Source: Nageia nagi (lineage: Eukaryota; Plantae; Pinophyta). From it: 64,000 bases of DNA. This document shows, one piece after another, positions 40,845 through 53,067 of this stretch. Location of the stretch: assembly GCA_050084985.1 (NCBI GenBank), contig JBITNC010000001.1:164796001-164860000 (forward strand), in the 5' to 3' direction. Position 1 is the stretch's first letter; each line of letters begins with the position of its first letter. A program made the translations under genes and the position numbers. The notes under the pieces are model-generated. The model did no database searches. It was given only the letters and a program-made list of their open reading frames with translations, and was not told the origin of the DNA.

Positions 40845-42113
40845 ACATGATATGCCAATAAGGATAAAACTCTTTAATCCCGTGGTCAAACCGATTGTTA
40901 ACTATGGTTTGGAGATCTAAGGTCCCAATCTTAGATTGACCGAATGGCCTCGTGTTGAGCGAGAACAAACACTTTTTCTTGGAGATCCATTTAATGCAAT
41001 AGCACAATCCCTGACTCCATTATCCTAGCAAAGTTTGGGGCCTCACCTCTCCTAATCAAGATTATCTTTAGGATCACCACCTATCTTCATAGGGTCCACA
41101 CTATGAGAGATAGCCCTTTGGGATGTAGACGATACCCTTATCTAGCTTGATGCTCATTGGTGGACCTCTCATCAAGCCCTTGGGAGGATGAAGGGGTTGG
41201 TATTCTTAGGTTTCTATAATTTTGGTCATCATTCAAATATAGATCAACAAACTTCCTCCTTACATATTTTGTTTAGAAGCTCCTCATCAACCTTTATCTT
41301 GGATTAAGGAGAAGATACTCAACGAGATCTAGAAGTATATCAGTCTCCAGTACACTAGCTGCACATTGATCTTCCCCTCCACCCCTCTCCCCCACATTGT
41401 CTTTCTATCATGAGCATTTTTTTCATATACGAGATGGATGGAAAATCCCCCCATAGTACCTTTAGCTACTTATGATGCATAGCCTACGAATCTTGATTGG
41501 ACAAATTAGGGTGTGCTCCCGCTAGCTTCGTGTCAAGTTAGATCACCACTTATTGAGGGATAAGCATTTTTGCCTATTTTGCTCCTTGGGAGAAGTGGAA
41601 ACCTTTCACCATTTCATTTTTTGGTGTACCATATACTCTAAGATCCGAGGCAAATTCCATTACCTCTTCAAGGAAAATCTACAATTTCCATTTACCTTCT
41701 TTAGATACCCTAGTGATGTCTTGCACTATACATTAAGGTTTCAACTTTTCTTTATCAACATAGGATCTCTCCTCCAGGTGTCTCTTAACCTCCACACTTT
41801 CAACCTATCACAACTTCCTTCGCCAAAGTAAATGGATAGTGGGGGAATATCAGAGGTAAACATCATACATTGGATTGCTTAGATAAAGATAGGGCCACTA
41901 GATAACACACCCACAAGTTTTTAGGGTTCCAAATAAGTGATGGACAAAGACATATCACTAACTTTCTTAGGAAAGATTCTTCGACCTCAAATGTTAGAGA
42001 GACTAAGTTTTCAAGTTGGGGGTGAGTGCCCATCAATCCCTTCTCTTTTTCTTCGTCTTTTTGGAGAAAACTATACACAACTTGATCAAGATCCTTTCTA
42101 CTTCCTTTTTACT

Positions 42114-45100
42114 TGTTGGGAAGGAAACCTTTCCTCTTACTCAGCGATCGCTTAGATGATTAGGACGGGAAAGCAACCCAACATTTAGGTGAGAACGCGT
42201 TACCAAGCTCCTCTTTTAGGGACTGATACCCCAAGGTTTCTATCAGAAAGCTCGTGTTGTTAATACTAGCTTTAAATTGTGTAGGTCTTGTTTGGGAATC
42301 AACTAAGTGGTGTAATAGAGGTAATAACTATTAACTCACATTTTTTGTAGGGACTTAGGTGTTTGATCTTGCAATAGTTTGAAAGTTGCTATAGTTTTTT
42401 TTAAAAAAAATGTAAAATAAAGAAAAGGAAAGGGGACAAGAATGTTTCGATATTGGTGAGATGACAAAGAAAAGGTCATAGTGAAGCACATCTAAGGTTT
42501 CTTACTTCTAGATCAATCAAAAAGTCTCATTCGAAGTCTTCCAACCTAAAATAGAATAACCTAAGTCCAATCTATTCTGAAGAGGAGCGGGGAGCAAAGC
42601 TGACTGTCAATGATCTGCAAGCAGGACCGATGCAATCAAAAGAAAGACACGACACAACAAGTGTGCACAAACTTCGTATCAAATGAGGAAATCTAATTTG
42701 ATGTCATAAAATGAACAAATCCTTAGATTACGTCCACTTACTACGCAAATTATGGATAGGCAATGATTTGGGAATGATTTAAAAACTTTTAAAAAAGTTT
42801 CAAAATATTTTCCTAAAATTCGAAAATTTTCAAGGAAAAGCGTGAAAGATTTTGAATCATCGAAAAAAGCTCCAAAATGGTCAAATCCACAATCTCACAA
42901 ATGACAAATCTCTTTGTTTCAAGTATTCCACCACTTTGTATTAAATTTGTGCAAAAATTACAAGGATACATCAATTTGCCAATTTTCCACAAATTTTCAC
43001 TAAAAACACTCCTTCAATAATGACCCCCTAAGGTCTATTTATAGACTTTTTAGGTCAAATTTGGGAGTGTTGCCCTAATTCTTAAAAAAAGCTTACAAAT
43101 GCTAATTTGAAAGCTAAATTGAGATTAGAATGTCGTTTTAGTGGGAGAACAATACTCATCCCACTTAAATATGCTAGAAATAAAATATTTACAAAAATTG
43201 ATGCGCTCTGGCATAGATTTCGAGGCATTTTACATCAATTTGGCAAAATTTGGAGCTTCAAATCATCGTTCTAGATCCTTCCGTCAGTCTTTTGAGCTCC
43301 TCTTTCTTGGAATTTGGATTTGCCTTTGATGATATCATTCTGGCAAATTTTCAAGGAATTCTGAGAGGATTTTTCGAAAAAGTGAATTTTTTGGTCTATT
43401 TTTCAAAAAATTGAATTTTTTGGTCAATTTTTCGAAAAAGATGGGGGATCTAAAATTTGGAAAAATTTTAATGAGTGGATTTGAGCTCATGTATGGATGG
43501 AGGATAGGATTATAAGGTATTTGGCAAGTTTTGAGAGGATTTGGGGCTTTTTAGGAGGTTTTGAGAAATATTTGAGGTTTTTGGCAAAATTTTCATGTCT
43601 ATGGATTTTTTTGGAAGAAAAAAGTGAAAATTTCCATAGGAATGAAAAATGCCTCCTAGATTTTTGAGCGCTTAAACTTGCTCAAATTGAAAATTTCAAA
43701 GTTTAAATGTGCTTAGAATGTGCCTTTCCATGTAAAGAAACCATAAAATTCGATTTTTGAGCAAAATTCCTCTTTTCTCTCCAATCTAGGCACTAAATTT
43801 CACCCCAATGGATTATCCAATGGCTCAAAAACCTGTGCCTAGCCTTTAGGTGCCTTAAATGAGCTCAAAATTGAAAATATGAAGGTTTTAATGGGTCTAG
43901 AATGCCATTTTCCTTGCAATGAGGTGCTCAAACTTGATTTTTTGATCAAAATTTATCAAATCTCCCCAATTTAGGCGTTGGATTTCAGCCCAAAACCTGC
44001 ACCTAGATATTTGAGCCTTCAAACTTGCTCAAAAATGAAAATTTTCAAGTTTAAATGTGCTTAGAATGGGGTCTTTTATCCATTGATGTGCATAAACTTG
44101 GTTTTTGATAAAAATCCACTTTCCTCCTTGAGTTAGGTGTTAGATTTTACCTCAATGGATTTCCATTAGCACGAAGACCTACGACTATGTATTTGAGGCA
44201 TTTCCCTTGCTCAAAATTGAAATTTTGTAGACCTAAACCTTCTTGAAATGCCCTTTTCCTTGTTCCCAAGCCCTCAAACTTGACTTTTGGACAAAATTTA
44301 TCTTTTCTCCTCATGCTAGGCGTCAAAATTCACCCCATTGGATTTCCATAGCCATGAAAACATGCGCCTAGCCTTTTGGGCCTCAGAACTTGCTCAAATT
44401 CGAAAATTTGAAGACCTAAAGTGCCTTAAAATAGCCTTTTCAATCCATTTATGCATTTAGACTTGTCTTTTAGTGAAAACTCACTTTCTTCCTCCATCTA
44501 GGCGCCAAAATGCATGCGTATGGACTTCTAATCACTTGAAAACATGCACCTAGGATTTTAGGGCACTTCCATTGGTCAAAATCGAAAAAATTATAGACCT
44601 AAAGCGCCTTAGAATGGGCTTTTACATGCAAACAAATCATCTCCCTTGATTTTCGAGACAAATGAACTTTTCTCCTTGGTAGCTAGTCGTCAGAATGCAT
44701 CTCATTGGATTTCCATAGTCATGAAAACATGTGCTTAAGCTTGGAGGGCACAAAACTTGGTCAAAATCGAAAATTTCAAGTCCTAATTGTGTTGGAATTC
44801 ACCTTATCTCTCCAATGATGCTCTTAGACTTGATTTTTGACACCATTTGCATTTATCTCTTAAATTTTTTCATAATTTGCCATACCTGGGAGCTAAGTGT
44901 CAAAACTCGGGCTCTAATATCACTAGAACCCTCAAACTGTGCCCTAGGGCATACCTTTTGCATTCCAGACCCATATTTGCCATTTCCGAGCTCAAACTCA
45001 ACCAAATCTGCATTTTCCGTCATTTTCGAGCTCAAACTGTGCATTTCTGATCATTCCTGGCATTTCTGAGCTCAAACTTTCAAAAACGATCATTTCCGGC

Positions 45101-45692
45101 ATTTTCAAGCTCAAACTCTACATTTTCGGTCATTTTCGAGCTCAACTTGGCATTTTTTATTATTTCCGAGCTCAACTTGGCATTTTCGATCATTTCTGAC
45201 ATTTCTGGCCATTTCCGATTAAAACCGAACTTTTGAGCATTTCCGGTCAAAACTGAACTTGAACTCTGAAAAACGCACTTTCTATCATTTCCGGGCTCAA
45301 ACTTGACCAAAATGCAGTTTTCGTCTTTTCTACCATTCTCGAGCTCAAAACTTGGTCAAAATGCATTTTTTTACCATATTGGCCACTTCCAGGCTCAAAC
45401 CTTGAAAAACAACCCCATCTCCATTGACCTCACTCTAGGCTCAAAAATTTGTGCTTTGATACTCTCTCAAATTCTAGCTCCTTGGCTCCAAAACCGATGA
45501 CTAGATGCTCTGATACTCTTTAGGGTCTTTGTCGCATGATCTCCTTGAATCACTTCTTGATATCATGTTTGCACTCTTTAGAATGAACTATCCATTGCGA
45601 AAAGCCAATCTCAAGGCAATGCACCTCATTGCCTTTGCAAAAATAGGGTCCCCAAAATCTTGTATTTTGGGGTGTGTTGTGCAGGCACAACA
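42114..45692 (-). mobile_element. Solo long LTR (~3.6 kb)
   Basis: TGTTGGGAAGG...GGCACAACA termini; TSD TTACT/CTACT (4/5); minus-strand TATAAATAG at 43035-43043. Confidence 0.9.
43640..44830. repeat. Diverged ~182 bp tandem subrepeat, about 7 units, within the LTR
   Basis: The anchor C(C/A)TG(T/C)(G/A)CCTAG...AAACTTGCTCAAA recurs at about 43650, 43831, 43996, 44178, 44361, 44543 and 44728. Confidence 0.8.
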
Positions 45693-45789
45693 CTACTCTT
45701 TCTAGACCGCCTCTTGGGTCGAGACATTGTATTTACCTTTGTTTTCTTTCTTTTGTTGGGCACTTTTGCCTTCTCAATTGTCAATTCTA

Positions 45790-46943
45790 GATAAGAGGAT
45801 CATGATTAGCACATTGTCTCGCTTCATTTGAAGCAAGAGGACCGTCCCACATCATATCATATTGGCAGAGTTTGGTTGCCAACCTCTACAAGTGTGGTCA
45901 CTTGCAACACAAGTTCTTTTTCTCCACCGCTTCCACCACTTTACATCTACTAGAGGAAGTGTAGATCAACTCCCCTATAGAGCTCTAGCATTATCAACGG
46001 ACTTGGTGGCCTAGGGATGTCGTTGGTGTTGGTTCACTAAGGTCACTGAGGCATTACAATGCTTTGGATTTTCCCATGATCGACTATCCATACCTCAAGG
46101 AGACTCTCATAGAGATCCAAATGACACTTTGATAGCAATCAGAGACACGATTTACAGAGCGTATATTCAGCACACTTGGGTTGTTCCATAGCACTCCCTC
46201 ATACCCAAGTTACTACACTACTCCCAACATTTCTTGCAGCTTGATAGAGGATTGATACTTCCCTTTGGTTACATTGATTTACCCCATCCTCTTGGACAGA
46301 GGATGTTTCTTGGATTGTTCAAAGTGTGCTCCCACTAGCAATGAATCACCATTTGCAACGGGAGCTTTGAGTGTGTCGATTATGCTCGTTGGAGCCAAAG
46401 ACCGAGTATCATTTTATCTTTAGCTGCTCATTTACTGAGATTCTAGGATGATACCATTGTCTCTTTCGAGACTCCCACAACTCGATCTTAACCTTCTTCC
46501 AATTTCTGGATCAATGTTGTGTGGTATTTTATATCAGAGAGGCATTCCTTCTCAAGAAACATCTCTTATCCGACACTCAACACTTGACAGGTGACTGCCT
46601 AATTATTTTTTTTTGCAGCCTTTGTCAAGTGAGGGAGCACGTAGGAGTACGAGAGATGGCCCCCCTCCACCTACCTGGCGAACCAGGCATTGACTATGTG
46701 TTGATCCTATGGCTCGATTATCTCAGCGGATCAAATCCTTCTTTATCTCCACCAACATTGACGAGGCCACAATTACCACAATTCGGGGGAATTCTAGTCA
46801 GGCTAGGGTCCTCCCTCTTGACTGACCTTGGCTAGCCCCTCTATTCCACTTATGTATTGTTCTTCTTAATTTGTTTTCTTGTAGTGAGAGTCCCATTGAT
46901 TGCCTTTGGTCACTCGTGGACATTAATAGAATTTCTTTCTTTC
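45790..46943 (+). mobile_element. 5'-truncated LINE (3' part of ORF2, 3' UTR, tail)
   Basis: Decayed CCHC region at ~46370-46450; 3' motif at 46890-46921 and a TTTC tail; collinear with 50650-51911. Confidence 0.85.
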
Positions 46944-46994
46944 ATGATAAGCAATAGTGGAACTTGCCTCACTATGCTTCTTTATTTGATCATG

Positions 46995-47320
46995 GATAGG
47001 GACACACACTATCCATGGAACCAAGGATAGGGAAAAACACTTACATTCTAGGTCATACAACAAATGTGGATAGGGACAAATACATCTATCCAACATCAAA
47101 ATTATGAAGAGGGACACACACATCTATTTACAATCATTGTGTTTGAGGACACACGCATCAATCGTAATCACTATCTATGATTAGGGACAAACACTTCCAA
47201 TCACATCATCATCTTGTGAGTGGGTACAAACACATCCATTCACTAACACTCAACAAATATGATTGGGGACAAATACATATATTCACTTAATCTAATGAAT
47301 TGAGATAAACACATCCATTT
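46995..47320 (+). repeat. Repeat-spacer array: 9 copies of a ~21-22 bp core GATAGGGACAAACACATCCAT with 9-22 bp variable spacers
   Basis: Cores start at about 46995, 47026, 47069, 47106, 47143, 47180, 47218, 47261 and 47297. Confidence 0.8.
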
Positions 47321-47849
47321 ACCTCTACCTTATCAACCATGAGCATCCTTATGGTAATCTTCTCATCTATCGGACTGCATGGATCACTAGTCGTTGCAAC
47401 CACCAGGTCTACTAAAGTAGATCATTGCCTACAAGGTTTACTTTGTCGATTGTAGGTCAAGTATTCATTTTCTCTGATCGCCTATCACAACTTGAAGCAT
47501 CTTCAAATTTTGAATCAAATTCACATTCTATGAGGAAAGAATATATCCTTCTACCCTTAATGTAAACTTCTCTTTAGAAGTGTTAGGTAACACCAACCAT
47601 GCACTCTAAAAATATTATATCCATTTTTTTAAATTTTCCTTATTATTTTTCCTATATAACAATAGTAATAAATAAATTACTGTTGTTAGAAATATAAATC
47701 TAAATTATTAATAATAAATTACATTTACCATTAATAATATATATTCTAATTTCTTTTGTCTAAAATACCAAATAACCCATATATAAGGCAAGCTCCTCTA
47801 GTGGCGCCAAGTGTCAAGGTGTGAGTGCTGCATTGATCAACCCCTTTGA

Positions 47850-47873
47850 CTAGAATGCGGCACACCATGCCGC
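47850..47873 (-). mobile_element. Candidate Helitron 3' terminus (GC hairpin + CTAG|T)
   Basis: The minus strand reads GCGGCA-TGGTG-TGCCGC-ATT-CTAG|T. The 5' TC end was not located. Confidence 0.55.
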
Positions 47874-47904
47874 GTTGTGCTGCTATGCTTGTTTTTGCAA
47901 CCTT

Positions 47905-48510
47905 TCCACGTGATTCTCCACAAATAGCTCTAGACCATATTTCAAATTCTCTTCCATTTGGGTGGCATCTCTTGCAACCGCATACAGATTCATCATGACG
48001 TGTGAATTTTCTGGAACTTTGTATTCCATTATCATGCAATCAGTTTGAGACAAATGAGGACGCATTAGCGGTGTTGGAGAATGTAATCTTAGAGTTTTCC
48101 ATACCACCATGCGTAGGTATTTAAGCCAAGGGAGATGAGATTCTCTCAACTTCTCTTCACCCCCCACCACTCCATCTATTTCCTCTCGGAGTTTCTTCAT
48201 CATGTGAGGAAGCCGGATCAGCTTCATCAGACCCCATTCTATTGTTTTTGAGACCATATTTGGCCTTGCCAGCAGCATATTCAATACAATGCCTATGACA
48301 TTTGTGTGGCTAATGTAGCCCTCGTTAGCCATGGACTGCAAAATCGGTATCAAGGGTTTCAGGTTCTTCTTGTTGTTCTTCTTCTCCAACTCCTTGAATT
48401 TGGTTGTGAAAATATCATGAAAACCCTTCACCACTTTCTGCATCGCAACCCGAGATGCGCTGAAATGAGTCCAATCCAGCCACGGCACAAAATCTCCAAT
48501 CCAAAACTGA
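47905..48510 (-). pseudogene. Cytochrome P450 (CYP71 clan) internal fragment, intronless and non-functional
   Basis: Motifs GDFVPWL, I-helix NMLLARPNMVSKTIEWG (AG.DT degraded), K-helix KTLRLH (ExxR lost its E) and NLYAVARD. The N-terminus and the heme-binding FxxGxRxCxG motif are absent. Confidence 0.9.
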
Positions 48511-49441
48511 AATCGCAATCCGAGATGCCCTGAAATGAGGTTGTTGGTACTAAAGAAACGCAATGATATATGACATTGCCTTTTCATCATTACACAATGC
48601 TTCCCACAGTTCTGTTGTTGGGGTCGAATTCTGTTGTTGCTTCATGCCTGAAATAAATAGCCCGAAAGAACCACAATTTTGTACCATGCCTTCTACATAG
48701 GCCTGCCCAGGGACGCCACATCCATTGTGCTCTCAGTGGACCACAGGCTGCTGTTGTTAAACTGCCTCCCTGTTGCCTATAGGCAACAAATTTGTTATCT
48801 TTGAGATGGATGAGAAGGAAACACTATGCACCTTTGATGGACACAGATCATTGAAGTTTTGTGTCACATAATCCGCTGGGAGGATCACCTCACCAACCCA
48901 TTGTTAGCTCTATTACCATATAAGTAATCTGCACTGATTTGACAAGTCTTGTGTGTTAACAAACAATCATGGAATCTATACATGTTGTATAAGACAATAT
49001 CATAAGACTATTGTGGAATAACAACCTAACAACCTATAACCAACCCTATGATGTAATAATTCCTAACAGGGACTGGCTTGCAATACTCCATATTGAAGTA
49101 TTTCAGAAAGCCCAAAGCATACTTGGCAAGAGAGGACAATCTATCTACTATTTGCCAGATAAACCATTTTTTTTGCTTTTCTTAGCGAAATTATTTGTAT
49201 GTTGAATATTGCAACTATAGTGTTGTTAGTAAGGTGTGTTAGAAATATTCCATTAGGTAAGTATTTTAGGTATCTAGTGATAAATGTTTGTTAGGTTTAA
49301 ATGTTTATTAGTTAGGAAAGGTAGGTAGAGAAGTTAGAAGTGGATAGTTATTGAACTACTGCAACTACTGTAATATCCATGTATATATTCTTGTATCTCA
49401 ATAGATTCATTGCTCTTTTGGGCCTCTCCCAAATCTCAATA

Positions 49442-49453
49442 TGGTATCAGAGC
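49442..49453 (+). promoter_or_regulatory. Primer-binding site (tRNA-iMet)
   Basis: TGGTATCAGAGC immediately after the 5' LTR. Confidence 0.92.
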
Positions 49454-50295
49454 AGGATGGAAGATAACAACCAATGAATTAAAGGAGTTCTTTTACATTC
49501 TGCCATAACAATGTGCTGCTGAAGGTTTTGTGTTGCTGAACCTTGGGAAGAATTCTTGTGATCAGTTGTTCAACAACGTTGGTGAAAGACACTGAAATTG
49601 TTGAAACCTGCTTGAAACTTGTTGGTGCTGCACGCTGAAAAACTGACACAGGCCAACAATGTTGCGTTTTACACACAAGCTGCCAAAAATGCCTATTTGT
49701 GACAAACACATGCAATTGTTGACTTCTAAAGGAACACACGTGACGAGTACTGAAATGCCCATGAAGCTTGACAAGCTGCACTTTGGGGATCCGTTTGAGA
49801 TAAAATCTGAGAACGACCTGTAGCCAAAGATATGAAACCTCCTGAAGAACTATGCAAATCTGTTTGAGTTGAGAAAAGTGTGCAGTTTGGTGGAGGTCGA
49901 TGATGTATTGTTTGTAGAAACGTGAATGTAAGCCTGTACATTGTCATCTGCACGTACGCCCAAAACTAAATTACAGTAAAATTTGGAATTTGGTTGAGTG
50001 AGAATATAGTTGTGCAGTCTGTCATCAAATCTACTACAATTGTTTTGTGCAGAAGATTTCATGGAATGTGTTTGTGTCTATTGAGAAGCCTGGTCTACAA
50101 ATGTGGAGGTGTGAAAACGGAAATTGGATGAAGGTATAGTTGACATGGTTTCTTTCCATAAGAAGTGCCAAGATTGATTCACAAACCACCTGCCTGTTTT
50201 AGTGTGATGGAGATTTATTTTTGGAAGAAAAATTTAATGTTAGAAATAGCTTCTACATTTGTTTCATGAAGGTGACATATGTTTTTTCTTTCAGC

Positions 50296-51911
50296 GATAG
50301 ACAGGAGCTTATGGTGAACCTTAGTAAGATTAAGGTTGTGGCTTTCAATATTTTGAAAGCTATGCTAGACCAGACCCAAATCACCTTCCGGGATAATACT
50401 ATGGAAACCATCACCGCCTACACTCACTTGGGAGTGCTCTTTTCAAGCCCTAGATGCTCCATGAGGACAACAGCCTTACCCAGAGTCAGTCGATGTTATG
50501 TGGCAGTTTCCACTTTAGAGATACAATGTTTATAGCTTCATTTCTTGGACATTTCATCCAAACTACAACTCTTCCGCACTTTAGTTACCCTAGAGTATTG
50601 TATGGAGTAGAGATTTGGGGACCCAAACTGAGAGTAGCATATTGGGCCTCGGTAGAGAGGATCATAGTCAGTACACTATCTTGCACCATTCGGAGCAAGA
50701 GGACAGTACCTCACCTTATCATGGTCACAAAGTCCAGCTGCCAACCTCTTTAGGTGTGGGCCCTCGCTTCCATAGTTCTCTTTCTCCATCGCTTATGTTG
50801 TCTTTCGGGTCCTAGTAATAGTACAACGAGACTCCCTTCGAGGGCTTTGGCTTCTTTGATCAATATAGCCACTTAGGGTTGTCGTAGATGTTGGTTTACT
50901 CAGGTTAGTGAGTTACTCCAGAAATTTAGTTTCTCTTCAAATTTTCTACCCACCACAAAGGAGTTCGATCAGTTCTCCAACAAACTCTTTGTTAGAGCTT
51001 CAAGAAACCATCTACAAAGCCTTTATTCAGTTCACTTGGATCTCACCCCCTCAGCTTTTGATGCCCAAGTTGGTGCACTACTCTTAGCAGTATCTGCAGA
51101 TTGACAAAGGTTTGATCCTACCACTAGACTACATCAACTTACATCTTCTCCTTGGTCTAAGGACTTTTTGAGGCAATTTCGAGTTTGCTCCCACCAGTTG
51201 AGGATCAAGACAGACCACCATTTAGCATTTGACTTGCTTGTTTTCCATCTTTACTTGCTTGAGACTGAGTCTAAGGATCATTTCATCTTTCGATGCTCAA
51301 TCTATTATGATATCCGAGGTTGATATCATTGCCTCTTTCAAGATTCACATGGTTCGTTGTCTACCTTCCTTCAGTACCCTGATTAGCATTGTTTGGCTGT
51401 CTATCTCCATGAGACATTCCTTCTACATAAGTGTCTTCTCTCTTGTACACAACAACCAACAAGGGAGCATCTCATTACATCTTTTTTCCCAATTTCTTCT
51501 ACAGATGAGGTATGTAGGCGACGTTGAGACAAGCCTACACTCCCCATATGTCATACTAGGAGATGCCTTCAGGACACTCAGGCCCCGTTGAGGACACGCT
51601 AGATTTCATCCTTCTTCCCCTCCAGTGACATAAATATAGGCGTGACCCTCACGGATCATCAAGTTCACTCCCCGATGTAGAGATCACTCGTGTGCTCTTA
51701 GAGAGATCGAAGATGACCCTCTCTTGATCGGCCTTTTGTATATCTCTCCCTCTTTAGAGTTTGATTTTTCTTTTCAAATTCATTTATCTTAATGTATTCC
51801 TTTATGCTTTTCTTAGATTACAATGGCTTCTGAAGCATGATTGTATCCACTTGTCCCATTGATCACTTTTGGTCATCCGAGGACATTAATATACTTTCTT
51901 TCTTTCTTTCT
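50296..51911 (+). mobile_element. 5'-truncated LINE nested in the short-LTR element
   Basis: Post-RT motifs LMVNLSKIKVVAFN...YTHLGVLF and LYGVEIWG; 3' motif at 51853-51884; (TTTC)n tail. Confidence 0.88.
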
Positions 51912-52130
51912 ATTGATCATACTTTCAAACCTTATCATGCAACCTAAGAGTTTAGTGGGTGTTTCAAAGACAATGGAGATGCCTATTTAATGTTTTAGTG
52001 TGTTTTATCATGTTTTGTGATCAAAAGTGCATTATCGGTGGAAGCTAATGTTTTGATCACAAGTTTATTGATGGACAAAAATACTCTTTTGATTAAAGGT
52101 GGGAAGTTTCCAAAACTTATTTTATTCATG

Positions 52131-52341
52131 ATTGAATGTGTTAGTCCCCAATCACTTTTGTTGTTGGTTGGATATGTTGGTCTTCAACCATTTTTTGATA
52201 AGTGTTAATGATTGGATGTGTGTGTCCCTAATCACAATAGTTGTAAACAAATGTGTTTGTCCTTGTTTACATATTTGATCATGGGTGGATGTGTTAGTCC
52301 CTATCCTTGATTTTTTGGATAGATGTATTTGTCCCTATCCT
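52131..52341 (-). repeat. Repeat-spacer array, 6 copies, reverse complement of the 46995-47320 motif
   Basis: (A/T)TGGATGTG..(T/A)GTCCCTA(A)TC recurs at about 52131, 52168, 52211, 52247, 52284 and 52318. Confidence 0.75.
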
Positions 52342-53067
52342 TGGTTGTTGTAATAAAGGAGGGGAAAGATATTTATTACAACATTTTTTGAAGTGATGGT
52401 AAATACCCAATCATTACCACATGAAGAATGGTGATATCTAGTCATTGCCTCATGAGATTTGAAGGTTTGAAGATCAATGAACCCATTACCATTGAAGATG
52501 ATGATTGTTTGGTCAGTGAGCTCGATGTCGTTGCCAGTTGTTCCCAATAGTGTTGACAACACTTCAAAAGAGATGTGATGATAGATGGTTGTTGCTACTA
52601 TCGTTTGGACAACATATGGATGTGATAATCTATTAACATTGGGCGGTTTTGCTAGAAATATTCCATTAGGTAAGTATTTTAGGTATCTAGTGATAAATGT
52701 TTGTTAAGTGTAAATGTTTAATAGTTAGAAAAGGTAGGTAGAGAAGTTAGAAGTGCATAGTTATTGAACTACCGTAACTACTATAAAATCCGTGTATATA
52801 TTCTTGTATCTCAATAGATTCATTGCTCTTTTGGGTCTCTTCCAAATCTCAATAAAGTGGATGTAAAGATTATGATTTGAGTGGCTATAAAAATTACTTT
52901 ACCTTGAAACAATGATCAATTTTCTTATATCAAGTTCTAGGAGTTGCATTCAATGAAGTTCCAAGGACGAACAATAGGGTAGGGCAAGATGCATTTCACA
53001 AATAGTTGGGATTTTATTAGATTTAGGGAATGGTAATGAGGCCATGTGTGTGTGATATTAAAAAAAA

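Larger units (their letters stand above)
23264..42113 (+). mobile_element. Near full-length decayed LINE (RTEX-like) split by nested insertions; pieces 23264-23557, 27272-28412, 33761-34216, 39231-39679, 40845-42113
   Basis: ORF1-like VIHF...ALRAKK | IFLDEYLT...KWVVIRN on either side of the hAT. AP-endonuclease motifs (WNC, HDVII.CETH, GFTYF...MDY, DH) lie at 27470-28210. RT motifs are WTQHIIHPTHKMGD, FVDFRK.FD, QG.P|LSPTFFGIFIDELE and LLFVDD. The C-terminal CCHC reads CLFC..EVETFHHFIFWC..Y..IRG at ~41570. Outer boundaries are approximate. Confidence 0.85.
49237..52854 (+). mobile_element. Non-autonomous short-LTR retrotransposon (large-TRIM-like) with 205 bp LTRs at 49237-49441 and 52650-52854
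   Basis: Two highly similar direct repeats, both TG...TA. PBS at 49442; weak PPT TTGGGCGG. TSD AGGTG/AAGTG (4/5). No gag/pol recognised. Confidence 0.9.

Noticed and set aside
47340-47590. Possible gypsy pol remnant on the minus strand (YIKGRRIY-like)
   Set aside because: Too short and degraded to call.
47883-48590. Functional 235 aa P450 gene
   Set aside because: It lacks the N-terminal anchor and heme-binding cysteine motif, and the I-helix and ExxR motifs are mutated.
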